A DNA stretch of 62,178 bases, filler included, from Rhabdomonas costata (taxonomy: Eukaryota): the NCBI GenBank assembly GCA_019059605.1. It is 25 parts of 25 records of this genome, joined end to end, with 100 filler letters (N's around TTAATTAATTAA, not from the genome) between each part and the next. Parts side by side here need not be neighbours in the genome. Positions count along the whole stretch, not along the records: positions 27,398 to 29,788 come from JAHMHO010003646.1; positions 29,889 to 32,279 come from JAHMHO010003647.1; positions 32,380 to 34,771 come from JAHMHO010003648.1; positions 34,872 to 37,263 come from JAHMHO010003649.1; positions 37,364 to 39,776 come from JAHMHO010003650.1; positions 39,877 to 42,266 come from JAHMHO010003651.1; 19 more parts are not named here. One strand, given 5' to 3'. A model generated the notes under the pieces. It saw only the letters and a program-made list of their open reading frames with translations, did not search any database and had not been told where the DNA came from. Made by a program: the position numbers and the translations under genes. Positions 28,044 to 40,378 of this stretch are shown one piece after another; position 1 is the stretch's first letter, and each line of letters starts with the position of its first letter.

Positions 28044-29079
28044 TTTTCTGGAAGAGCGCTGTTCCAGTGTTTCGAAACAGTGACCTCACTCACCTGTTTT
28101 TGTCCAGCCGCATTGAGACAAAGGGCACTCTCAGCACTGAGCAGGCTACGCGCATCTAGTGAAGAAAGAAAACCGCTGTGGTGGTGTTAATAGGGGAGAA
28201 GACTCTGTGTGTGTCTTTGTGTTGCGCTTTGGGATCAGATCAGTTGGGAATGGGACCTCGGACGGGTACCAGAAACTGGGGACGCCTCAAAGGTAGAAGG
28301 CCACACATTCAAACACTGTGTCGGGGGGAATGGGGGATAAGAACAAGGAACACTTCCGCGAGGATGTCCACTTTCCTTGTCCACTTCTCTTTTCTTTCTT
28401 TCTCTTTTGAATGTAAAGGAAGCCGTGCCAGGGAGGGCAGCCTCTCAGAGCCCGGACGACTGGCACACCGTGCCCAACGTCGAATAGCCGACGTGCTGCT
28501 TTGGCAAGAAGAGACACTGTCAGGAATGCTTTCAGTGTCACGCGTGACCTGTACAGTTGCGAGGCACTTTGCTTCTCTTTTATCAACCAGTACTTTTCGC
28601 TGGCCTTGCCGGCAATGTGATGACAACGTGCGCAAGTTCTTTGGCTCCGTTTGTGGCGAGGCAAAGGGATCGCATTCCGTTATGCCTTTTCTGCCTTCTC
28701 TTCGACAAAATGCTGAATTGCCTTGCTTCCGTCTGTGTCTTTGCTCTTTTGATTGTTCTTGTCTTCAGGAGCCTGTTTTTGTCGGGTCTTCAGCGCTTCA
28801 AACCTTGGCACTTGCGAACTTCAGTCTCTTCACAATTACCGCTAGTTGGTGGTCTTCATAAGTCGGTTCCCCCCCCCCCACACACACGCACACTCACACA
28901 CAAAAAACTCCTGCAACATTCTGAGGCAGTGTGAAACCTGCACATCTTCACTCAGAGCTGGCTTTGAACTTCATACCTGCAAGTTGTTGAATTCTGACTT
29001 CATGTTGTCGCTCGTTTTTGGCCCTTTCTCGACTGTGTCTGGTGGCCTTGTTTTTCAGTTGCAGTTTTTCCACTTGAAA

Positions 29080-29152
29080 ATGAAACTGCTTTTGCTATTC
29101 CTCTTGGCTTCCGCGGCTGTGTCCAAGTCCTGGATCATCGGATATTATCCAG
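29080..29152 (+). CDS. first exon of a putative secreted protein (signal peptide)
   Basis: MKLLLLFLLASAAVSKSWIIGYYP followed by a GT donor. IIGYY is reminiscent of GH18 N-termini, but downstream exons were not resolved. Confidence 0.45.
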
Positions 29153-31591
29153 GTTTGGAACCGCACCCTGGCTGAGCTGCATTTTTTCCAACAAGTTTTG
29201 CGCTCGCTCCTTCGCGCAGTTTACCCTGTCGGGTGAAACGCGGTAATCCTATTAGCAATATTGAGACCACAGAATCTTGACGCATTGATTACTATCACTG
29301 CTCCCAGCTCCTCTTTGAGCACTTTCGTCTGTGCGTCTTTGAGCGCGGATTGTCGCCTTTCCGAGGAGATGGGATTCTTCTTTGACTGGTTTTGGTTCAC
29401 TGGTGCAGTATTCAAGCACGTCCTAGGACGCAACAGGATCTTGATGGTCCCGTGCTTGGGAGCACGAAACGGTGTACTACATCCTGAAGTAAGATGTGTG
29501 GAGGACAGCATGCGTTGCGTACAGGGGTTTTCGTGATGCAGTTTTGCAAGAATTGTTATTTATACGCAAAAGTAAAATTAAAAGCAACGAACAAAGGGCA
29601 TGCCCGAACCGATTTTTCTGTTGTGGTTGCGTCTTTTCCTGACTCAAACGCGCTCGAGAGATGCCCCTAGGCGTTTCCTTTTCCATAATTCTCTGAATTT
29701 TTTCTAATCGTTTGCCATTTCACTGAAGGCAGCTGTGGAGAATGAATGGGTTGTGTGCGGCGTGGTAGGTTGGTTGGTACCCAAAACANNNNNNNNNNNN
29801 NNNNNNNNNNNNNNNNNNNNNNNNNNNNNNNNTTAATTAATTAANNNNNNNNNNNNNNNNNNNNNNNNNNNNNNNNNNNNNNNNNNNNACCCCCCCCCCC
29901 CCCCGAGCAAAAGCTTCTCTGCGGAGTCCTATAAACCGTGCATCGCAAACCTAACAGTGGATCTCTGGTGGTTTAGCGTTTGATGTCTGGTTGGATGCGC
30001 CGATTATTTCTCTTACAGCGGTGGGACGTCACGGGATTTTTGGCTTCTTCGGTCGGAGGGGATCAGGATGCGCTAATGCCAAACGATTTTGTTGTTTTGT
30101 GAACCTTGGAACGGTGTGCTGGTTTTTTGAGTGTTTGTTTGGGTGTTTTTTTATGGAGGAATGGGTGGGCGTTGAGGACGCCTCCCGATCAAAATCAGGC
30201 CGAGTTTCCAAAAGGGACTTCCAACGCATCATATGCACTTCGTGCCACGCAGTGATCTCATGATGGTGGTTAGCGTTTCGACGATATCCTTACAAGGGAT
30301 ACTGAAACGCTGACCACCCCTAAATACAACTTAGGGTCACGTCGATTATCACGTCAGGTCTCGAATATGCATAGGCTTAGCTAGGAGTTTAGAGTTTCGT
30401 TTTTTTCTTTATGAAAAGCCTTGCTCGTTATGGGGCTGCAGACATTCGACGCCCCTCGACCCACACCCTCAAACCCCCTTCATTTGATGTCAGAAGTAAT
30501 TTTTTAGACCGTCCAAGGGTTTAAAGATTTTGTTGAGGGTCTGATAATGTGCAGGGGATTTGGCTAGCAACTGTGTCTTGCCGGCACCAAGGTGAGTTGG
30601 GCCTCTTTTCCAAAAAACACATGGTACTTTTAGTAATCGTCGTCGTAAGGGGTGAGGCTGGAGGGAAGGGCTTTCGTTCTTTTTCAGTTTTGGTGGCGAT
30701 TGACCACCATTCGGCTGGCCGATGTCGTTCTCTTTTTCACAGGGTGACTTCAAAGCTTGGCTGGTCGATCGGGACATTGACCAGCGAATCAAGTCATTGC
30801 CTCGTCGATGAGTCGATGACGGGTTGGGCTCGCTGGTGGCCTTTCGCTTTCACTTCTTTGAATTGAAACTGCCGTTGCACATGCAGAGTCACTTCTTGCA
30901 ATGAGGGCTTAGCTGCGCGTCTCCAATACATAAAACCACATTGTCCCCTCCCCCTCCCAGTGTCTCGTCTTGGTTGGCAAGTGAGATTCTGCCTGCTTGT
31001 TGGCATTTGGTGTCACGTTTGGTTCGTCCGCCTGTTTTCGGGAAATCAGGAATGGCTTTGCTGTTGTAGACCAGTCTTCCTGAACGTGCAGTCAGAGTCA
31101 GTTGGTTTTCGCCAGTGGAGAGGAGTACAGTCCAGTCGCGCGTCCCCCCCCCCGAGTCCTTCCTGCACTGTGGCGTTGCTTGCTTGCGAGTTGGTATGCG
31201 TTGCTGTTTTGTCTGCCCGTATGCTGCAAGGTACATGACTGAATTGGCTTTTGGTGTGTCCGTGTGTGCGGGTGTGCTATTGCTGTATTCGCACTGGTCG
31301 CCAGCATAAGCCCTTCACGTACGCACTCATGCGCCCTCAGCTTAGCTGACCCAACTGCTTTTCTCTTTCTGATCCTCTCAAATGCTGTCTGCCGATGTTG
31401 TGCTTAACGCGCCTTGATTGTGGCAACACCTTTGCGGAGCAGCGGTAGCGGCCTACACTTGCGGTTTTCTTTGAGCGGTCCGTTCGAAGAGTGATAAAGG
31501 AAGGTTAAATCGTGGTTTTTGCAATACATGCACAGAGTATGGTCTAATGTACATAGCAAGACCCCGCATCAGCTTCGTCCTTTTGTTTTCT

Positions 31592-31720
31592 TTGCTCAGC
31601 CGAACAAAGCCCTGTTTGTCTGTCCATCGCATTCGTTGCTCAGCCGAACAAAACCCTGTGGGTCTGTCCATCGCATTTTTTGCTCAGCCCGAACAGAACC
31701 CTGTTGGTCTGTCCATCGCA
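31592..31720. repeat. minisatellite, 3 copies of a ~44-bp unit TTGCTCAGCCGAACAAAACCCTGTNNGTCTGTCCATCGCATT
   Basis: Three head-to-tail copies with few substitutions and no spacers. Confidence 0.9.
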
Positions 31721-33079
31721 CCTCAAATTGCTCGTCTCGTGTTGCTGCCTCCCAGTGAGTTTATGTCATCCGGTCTCATTGCCAATTGATCACCAAATGA
31801 ATCGCGGCCCTCCCGCCATTGCGGTGGATGTGGGTGTTTGTTCACAGCTTCGCTTCCTCTGCGCTTTACTTTCCGCAATGGCTACGGATGTGGCCGAGCG
31901 GGCGCCCCGCAATTGTGTTGCCCGCGGCTCCAAGAAACGCTTTCCTCAACTGCCTGACTCCTGTAAGATTGTGGTGGCGTCCAGGTTGCGTTGGCGTCCT
32001 GTTTTCTGCTTTTGTCGTGGCATTCTGCATCTCGCGATATGATGCTATGTGTTCGAATCCCTCCGTTTCGACCTTGCAGGCATTGTATTGACAGTGTAAA
32101 GAGCTCATCACTTCAGAAGTATTTCAGCGTTTTGCTGCTGGGGGGTTGTCGTGCACACCGATTGATAACATTGGGGTGGATAGCAGATTATCAGTATCAA
32201 CTTATCAGGTTTATGAGACAGGGAATGGTGAATGTGATGTGAGGAACGACAAGAGTTAAGGGAAGATTAACCAAAAAAANNNNNNNNNNNNNNNNNNNNN
32301 NNNNNNNNNNNNNNNNNNNNNNNTTAATTAATTAANNNNNNNNNNNNNNNNNNNNNNNNNNNNNNNNNNNNNNNNNNNNGGTTTTTGGGAAGTCTCAATC
32401 AACCAAACACACACACACACACACAATCACGCACACAGTGCAGCTGTCGGGACCACTGTATCCAAAAACATAAAGTGTAAAAAAACAGGTTCAGCATTTA
32501 CAGACACAACCCACCTGCACGTACAACCCGCAACAAAAAGTCGTAGTTGCAACATCTCCACTCACCCTAACCGCTCGAGCAGGAGCACCTTGAGAATGGG
32601 CACAACCGCACAACCGCACGCACAGACAGCAGCGCAAATTCTTGTGTCAGTGTTGTTCGCCGATCTTTGCAAAAGGACAACTGACTCGTTAATTCGCTGT
32701 CTTCTTTATGCGGTATTTAGATGCGAAGACCGAAGCGGCCATACCTGCCCATTACGAAGCGCAAAGAGCAAACACAGACACCCTCCATATATTGACGTTT
32801 AAGGCATTGCTAGATATATTGATGTTTAAGACAGTGTTTGGCTTTCAGACTTGCCGCAACCCGCGTTCCTCTAACCTTCTCCTTCTCAAACCGCGAAAAG
32901 CACAGCCAAGACACGGAATTTTTTCTCCCTGGTCACCTTTCTTTCGCGAGTCAACTGCGAAAGATTCCGCAACAGAAACAAAGCCACATCCACTCATCAG
33001 TGTAGCGCCATCAAAGCAGGTCTGCATCTTGCGCTGAAGTCATTTTTGCATTCCCAGGCAGGGTTCTCAAGGTTGCAGA

Positions 33080-34335
33080 TCACACAGGAGCATCGCTAGA
33101 ACCTGGCTCCGACAAACCCACGCCAATGGGGTCCGCGCTGTATCCGACAGAGGGGATGTGTGGCCCCGCGAGATGAGGGTCTATCGGGAGCAGCCATTGC
33201 CAGGCGCTGCTGCCAAAGACTTGGCGGTAGTTCGTTATCAACCCAACATCGTAGCACAGCCCAGTCTCACTCTCCACGGTGGTTTGGTTTATGGAGGTGA
33301 GGTACGTCGCGTATGCCAGGAAGCCTGAGGTTAGGGTGCGAAGGGTGGGGGTGGGGTATGACGTCGGGTACGGCAAAACCAACTCACAGAACAACCTGCG
33401 GCGCGAATTGACGCGGAGAGTTGCCTGGAGACAGAGTTCAGGTCTTTGGGGCAATCCAAAGCAAAAGCGAACGATGGGAGCCCCCACCCCCTGGGTAGTT
33501 TCAAGTATCGTAACAGACCACTGACCAATAGCAAACGGTTTGCCCAGGTCTGAACAATTCATAAAGGTCCGAAAGGCTTGTGGCAAGAGGATGCAAAAGG
33601 TGGCCCCCCCACCTCACCAGCTCTCCGTGGACGTGACCGGGGGTGGGGTGGCGCACCACAGCCGAATATGGTCAGTGGGACGATCAGCAGGGTGAACATG
33701 CACAGTAGGACAAAGTTGAGCATAAAGAACCCAGGCATCGGCAAGGGAGGGTTCCGCTGCATCATCATAAATAGGCTGAGCACACAAAAAAGGATGGAGG
33801 GTTTGCCATGCGAAAAGGTTTCTGTGCTGTGTTCAATGTTGTTACCTGGGTGAGCGTCACCTCGGAGAAAGTTTGAATGGGTGATGCTACCGCACAACGG
33901 CGCAAACAGCAGCAGTTTGACCAAAACTGCGAACAGTGTCTTTGACCGAAAACGACGGAAAACCTACGGAAAACCTACGGAAAACCTTAAAAAGCAAACC
34001 GAGGTCAGTGCCTGGGGTGGTAGTCTCGAAGTGGAACCGTGTACTACATGCCATACCCAAATCCCAGCCCGCAGAATATAAGACATAACAAAATCATATC
34101 GTCCCATGATTCGCTGGACACATTGTAACTACCCATTTGGCCTGCAGTTTTTCACGACTACCTTCGACTACCTCTTGAGCTCCTTTAATTGTACGACCGC
34201 CCTTGGGTAAGGAGAGAAACAAGAATGAACGCAAGGGCGGGCGATCCGACCAGGTGGTGAGGTACAAGTGATGCACGGCACCCACGCAGACGTAGAACAG
34301 GAACAACAGGAAGAATTTGTGGTTCCGGGCACCCA
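33080..34335 (-). CDS. DHHC palmitoyltransferase, 3' part; exons 34335-34251, 33775-33660, 33324-33080
   Basis: VGARNHKFFLLFLFY (post-DHHC motif), TM helices, NQTTVE (TTxE motif) and YDVGLITNYRQVFG..WLLP (PaCCT motif). Confidence 0.92.
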
Positions 34336-35354
34336 CTGAAAAGAAAAAGAGATAGATAGAGCAGCAGCCAGCCATCGCAGATAGCGCCGGCCCACGTGGA
34401 CTTCTCAAATTGAAATTAGAGCAAAAGTGCTCACCTGCGCAGACACAAAAGTCTCACAAAATCCCGCAAAAACCTTAAAATCACTGCTCATGTGCATTCT
34501 GAATCTGCTGATCAGAACTCTTCGTATGATTGGAAAAGGCTTTGGTCGCCAAGCCGGGGCGACTTCCTCTCATTTTCTTTGCGCAAGGACCGCTAGAGGT
34601 ACATCTTTGCTACCGTTTCTTTTTTCAGGTTGGGGGTGGGGTTGTGGTCGGTTGATGGAAGGGTTCGGCTTTCCGATGGGTTTCCAGATGCCGGTTGGCC
34701 TGTTTTTTATGTTTAGCGGCTTTCTTCCCACCGGCCTCTCCCCGGTGAAAAGAAAGCCGCTAAACAACAAANNNNNNNNNNNNNNNNNNNNNNNNNNNNN
34801 NNNNNNNNNNNNNNNTTAATTAATTAANNNNNNNNNNNNNNNNNNNNNNNNNNNNNNNNNNNNNNNNNNNNGTGTTGGGTGTGGTTGGGGGTGTGTTATT
34901 TCAAATAGTTTGAATTTTCTTGTGGACGTCGTTTTTCTCGTGATTACAACTCGTGTCACTTTTTTCTTTGGTGGTTGCTCTTTCCTCTCACCCTTGCCTA
35001 TTTTTCCTAACGCTGCGGAGAGTTTTCAGCGAATTGAACTCGGCAAACTTGTGGGTGACCGACTAAATCTGTTCCATCTGCTGCATCTATCCTTTGGAAA
35101 ATTCTAGTTGAGAATTCCGCAGACACCATACCGCGGGCTGTCCACTTTCTTGAGGTGGAGCTCTGGCTCAGGCTTGAACTGGCCTGTCATGTAAAGCTTC
35201 GCTGTTCTGAGCTTTCAGCCTGCGCTGCTGGACAAGGGGCACGTCAATTTCATGAGTTTCTTGCGAAACGCAAGCAAAAATACGAGCGCTATGACAGTTC
35301 CCATTCTGCCTTGTAGGTTCTGAAGCTTTTGTCTTGACGCCTTGATGTCCTCAG

Positions 35355-36703
35355 GAGGGATTTGAAAGGGATGTGGAGGTGGGGCTGAAGGGAGCCTTTG
35401 CCTCACTGGTGGCTGACGTCGTGTACACAGACAAGGAAGACCTTGACATGGTATGCTTGTGCGCTTGTTAAGATGTGTATTTACTTGTTCCACTGACATG
35501 TGGGAACTGGCACAAAACCGCACCTCTGCCATCTGGTGTCAGAGACCATTTTTTGCAGCAAGGAAAAATGGCGTTGAGAAAAACGGGGGAGGGGTCTCAA
35601 GAAAGGTGAAGTCTTCTGGGCCGTGTGACACCATCGTGTCTGCCTTGGGTCAACTTGCTCGGGTCTTGGTCACATAGTCAGGGGATTGGTGGCTGTTATG
35701 CACGTTTTTTTTCCATCTCGTAGCCCAATCACCTGTCGGGACGGAAGCACACGTTGCTCAAGCTTCTCTTTTTGAACGTCTCCGACCTTTGCCAGCTGCG
35801 AGACCTTCTTCGGGAAGCAGCCAAGCGAAACGCCGTTGTAGATGCCGACGCGATGGACGTTGGGTATGTTCAAAGAATGGGCCATCAATCTTTGAGTGAT
35901 TTCAACGAAGACTTTATCCGGAATTAGCCGGTCTTTTTGGGCAGTGTTGCAGATTTGTTTGTAAAAACGTTATGTGAGCTCTAAGCAGCTCCAGAGGTCT
36001 CACACGAGAGTGGGGTCTCTCAAGAGGAAAAGCAAAGGAAGGTTGAACTTGTGATTTGGGGCATCAGTTGCCAGTCTTTACCTGTTTCTTCGTTTAGTGT
36101 TTTGGTTCGTGTGTCTGCCTTCGGCGCATCAGCTCACATAGGTAATGGAAAGTTTACCACTGTTGATTCGGTGTGACACAGTCGGTTATGGGGCGGTGCA
36201 ACGAAAAAGGAATTCTCTTTTTCCTGCCGGAAATTTTGAAGGACGAATAGAATAGCGAGAATAGTTGAAGGGAGTGGACCGACATCCCCCCCCCCCTTGG
36301 CATCGGAGTGGGCCCGATGCTTCGGTTTTCAGCTGTCGTTGTGCAGTTCTTTGTATTTTATTGCCTTTCTTCCTTGAACGCTCCTGCTGGCGGGTATACT
36401 GAGCTTCATCATCTTTTGGTCGGTGCTTTACGCCTCTGCGGTTCTCTGACGCTTGGTGCGCGTTTGGAGCTGGCAGTGGACACTTGATGATTGCTGCTGC
36501 TGGACCTCCAAGAACGAGATCTCTTCCTAGTGCTAGGCATGAACAGGACTCTGAACTTTGCTGCATCTTTCCTTAATTTTGTATAAAAAGGGAGTTTCGC
36601 CCACACCAGCCCGATCCCACGAACCGCCTTGCGTTCCTGGACTCCATTACCGCGGTTCGGGAGTACGACGTGAAGTACCACGTGCGAGCTGCGATTGACC
36701 TGG
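35355..36703 (+). CDS. POLE: DNA polymerase epsilon catalytic subunit, N-terminal fragment; exons 35355-35450, 35724-35863, 36591-36703
   Basis: Spliced product ..DKEDLDMPNHLSGRKHTLLKLLF..DSITAVREYDVKYHVRAAIDL matches the Pol2/POLE motifs KEDLDLPNHL and REYDVPYH. Confidence 0.93.
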
Positions 36704-38370
36704 GTGTGCTGTTGCGCGCTGCTGGTTGTTTCAGGTCTGCCCCTTGCAGGGTGGTGGTCTAGCGAGGGTGGTGTTTTTCTCTTTGATTGTGCTGATTGTG
36801 TTGCACCCCAGCCAGTTCCTCATGCTTTTTGCCTTTGACAAAGTCTTCCCAAGCTCCTCCGTTCTCATTCGTGGCCCTTTCACTCCACCCTTCCACAACC
36901 TCGTTCTTTGCTCCTATCTCTCCGCACCTGAGCCTGTACGCTTTCATACCACTCTATTTTTTCAACTCTTTGATTTCGTTTGCGTTTGCCCTTGTTTTCC
37001 TGGCATGCAGCCCACGGCTGCTGGTTTTTCTCTCTCCTAACTGCATTTTTTTGCTTGCCCCCTGAGTTTCCGTTTCCTGTTTGAGGCCGCGTTCGTGTTA
37101 TATTTGTGCGATGAAAGGCAGAAAGATACGCCCTCTCATAAACCCGCTCACCCACCCACACCCACACAAACACACAAACACTCACTTAAACTGAAACACG
37201 TGAAGGGCAACAGGCTGCGCGCGAGCCGCACAAGGCAGGCTCCCGACGAAAGGACCCCAAAAANNNNNNNNNNNNNNNNNNNNNNNNNNNNNNNNNNNNN
37301 NNNNNNNTTAATTAATTAANNNNNNNNNNNNNNNNNNNNNNNNNNNNNNNNNNNNNNNNNNNNGGTGTGTTGTATCTATTGTGTTGTATCTGAGTGGGTA
37401 TTCTATCGAGCTCAACATTTTAATGTTTTTCCCGTCAAATTTAGTTTCAGTTGCTCCTCCTAGGTACGACTTTTGATCATATGGGCTTCAAGCTTAGGTA
37501 CATTTTCCATGATGACTGTCATGCTTTTCATGGTGTTTCATGGCCACACGCCTTTGGGGGGGAGGGCGTTTTACACCCGTGTAACGCCCCCTAACTCCAG
37601 ACCTAACCCCAGACCTTGCACATGCATCGCAAGCCTAACTCTGTGGAGCTTCTGTTGGAATCCCAGTGGACACGTGCGTCGCATATCAAGACCAGGAAAT
37701 TATGTTGGTTCATTTGGAAGCGCGTATCGCCTTCTCACCCCCAGCAAAGTTTGTACTGGAATCCCCGGGGGGTACGTGCATCGCAAAAACAAGCCTCACT
37801 ATTGGAAAGGAACACACTTCCTAGGCCATGTCCCAGCTTCTGCCTCAGCAGGCACCACCACAAGGCACATGCCCCTTCAGAATCCATCCTCCTTTCATGG
37901 CAGTGCCCCGGTTGATAATGATTGGTTTATAACTTTTTTTTTGCAAGTTCAGGAATGAAAGGGGATGCAGAGTTTGCGGGGGGGGGGCGCCTGTGTTAGA
38001 CATCTAACGCCCGTTACACGTCCAACAGCGTCAGACGTTTAACGGTGTTACGCCGAAGGCAGCGGCTGAGGTGTGAGGGGTTCGGTGCGATGGGAAACAA
38101 AGCTGTGTAATATGGCGACTGCGCAATTCGTCTCACTTCGATGCATATGCACCTCCAAAGCAGCTTGCCAACGTCTAATAGTTATCACACATATCGCTCG
38201 GTGTTGATACCCCACACCTCTTCATCGACTCCGATTTTTCTTTGTGACCAGCAAGGGAAGGCCACATTCTTCGCTTTTGTAATGCCATTCTCCGTTTGAA
38301 GTGCGTTCACAGCAAAGCAAAGGTGATATTATATAGCGTATTGTGTTTACTGTAACGCCATCACCTTCAG

Positions 38371-38752
38371 GGGCCAACCTGTTCATCCGGAAGCTCTCCC
38401 GAAGGGCGGACAAGCTTTACCTGTACGAGCTGTACGCCCCCTTTGGAGCGATCACCAGCATCCGAGTGGAGGTCAACCTTCGCACCGGGGCGCCCAAGGG
38501 GTACGCCTTTGTGCAGTTTGTGCGAGCGGCGGACGCCCAGGCGGCNTCCTGTACGAGCTGTACGCCCCCTTTGGAGCGATCACCAGCATCCGAGTGGAGG
38601 TCAACCTTCGCACCGGGGCGCCCAAGGGGTACGCCTTTGTGCAGTTTGTGCGAGCGGCGGACGCCCAGGCGGCGATCGCGGCGACGCACAATCTGCTTGT
38701 TGGGGAGAAGCGCCTGGACGTCTCCCTGTATCGGCCAAGGGGAGCGTCCTGA
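38371..38752 (+). CDS. RRM RNA-binding protein (ELAV/CELF-like RRM), last exon; contains an artefactual 126-nt duplication around the single N at 38546
   Basis: After collapsing the duplication: GANLFIRKL..YELYAPFGAITSIRV..KGYAFVQFVRAADAQAAIAATHNLLVGEKRLDVSLYRPRGAS*, with RNP2 and RNP1 present. Confidence 0.9.
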
Positions 38753-39648
38753 TTTGCCAGTCCCCCACCCCACCCCACCACCGCACACTCTCCCGTTGAT
38801 GAGCTGGGTTTTGGTACAACATGGGGTTTCTGCACACTCTGTAAACCCCGTTAGTGACCTATTGTTGTTGTTCCTATTTTTGTGCATTGGCAGGTTCTGC
38901 GCTGTGTTGTTCCCATTTTTACTCATCTTACACCCTTGCCATGCACCGTCGGGTCCGTGGCACCAAGAGGCTGTCGCTACTGCATTGCTGCCGTGTACGA
39001 TATCCGGGTTGGTGTTCATGGTGCTCCTGTTCGCCTTTCGTGTTTTTTTTCTTTTGGTTTTTGCTCCTCCTCCTTGGAGGTGTGTTGCCCCCTCCCCCTC
39101 CGCTTCATTTCCTGGAATTCCTTTGTTTGTGGGGGGAACGCCCACCTGAAGGGCCCCTCCCCCGTTTCTCTGCGAGTGAGCTTACCGATTTGGTTGTGGT
39201 TTTGCACTCCTTTTGGGGATCCCAAGGGGAAAGTATGGTGGTTTGCTTGGTCTCCTGCTTGCCACTGCGAATCGACCAGCACACTTTTACGCTCTGATGC
39301 AATGCGCTAGGTCTGGCAGCGAGAGATTCGAGGGGAGGTGGGGAGACCTTCTCTGTGGTCCTGCAGAATGAGCTTGCCTCGGGATACCATGGATGGGTGT
39401 TGGCCGTCCTTTTGTGCACTATGTTCCCCTCTTTGTGTGGGGCCTCTATCATGGTGCCTCTGTGCCACTTCTTAGAACAGGGGGCTGCATATCCCTCCTG
39501 CACCCCCTCCCCTTCACTCATCGCCCCCATGCCATTTTTTTGCTTTGTGTGTGCGTTTTTGGTTTTAAGTTGCAGCTCCCGTATAATAGGGGGCTCGGTG
39601 TGCCCATTAAATCGGGTTCGTGGGTTGCATTGGAACGAAAGGGATTTG

Positions 39649-39649
<1 letters not shown>

Positions 39650-39686
<37 letters not shown>
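39650..39686. repeat. (CA)n microsatellite
   Basis: Seen directly. Confidence 0.95.
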
Positions 39687-39689
<3 letters not shown>

Positions 39690-40378
39690 TGCGCAGATTT
39701 CGGATGCCGAACAGGATATTTCTGTGAAAGATAATGTGCTTGTGTTATCCGCTGTTGCCTTTGTGATCCAACGTGANNNNNNNNNNNNNNNNNNNNNNNN
39801 NNNNNNNNNNNNNNNNNNNNTTAATTAATTAANNNNNNNNNNNNNNNNNNNNNNNNNNNNNNNNNNNNNNNNNNNNTGTTTTGGAGATTGACAACATGGA
39901 GACACCCTACCCAGAATTCTGCGGCAGCACAAAAAAAATTTGACAATGCTGCTCACCCCCAACCTCCCAATAGAAATCAGATGGAATGTACAGATCCCTG
40001 GGATTGCAATAGAAGCGTTTGCACGGGGATTGCGGGATGGGGGCGGTGCGCATGTCCCCGCGTTTTCCAGCGTTTCTCCACGCTATCTCGGACGTCTCAT
40101 GCGTCCCATGTACGATGGTCAAGACGAGACCTGAGGGGGTGACATCCTCATTGCTTCATGTGCTCCTTCACTGGGAGCACTGTAAAATTACTGATAGCAG
40201 GCTTGCCCCTGTTGCACGAGTGAACTGATGTATCCTCCTACCTCCCACGCAGCTCAGTTAGTTTTGTATTTTTTTTGCCGTGATCTCTTCCTCGTTAGTT
40301 TTGGCGGTCACTCTCGTTTCATCTGACTGCTGTCTCTCTCTCTTCTTTTTCATTCGGCAACTTTGGTGGCCGCTCACA

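Noticed and set aside
31592-31720. CRISPR array
   Set aside because: The units are contiguous without unique spacers, and the context is eukaryotic. It is a minisatellite.
32010-32075. tRNA gene suggested by GTTCGAATCC
   Set aside because: The T-stem does not pair, and no D-arm or anticodon arm can be built.
33660-33663. Third GC-AG intron in the DHHC gene (and GCGTGT at ~7833 in the EF-hand gene)
   Set aside because: An in-phase GT donor lies 3 nt away in DHHC, and the EF-hand 5' structure is unresolved, so neither can be supported.
38420-38673. Tandem 126-nt duplication in the RRM exon
   Set aside because: The copies are identical, separated by a single N, and differ only at the 127th base (A vs T). 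This fits an unmerged k=127 assembly overlap, and collapsing it restores a clean RRM.
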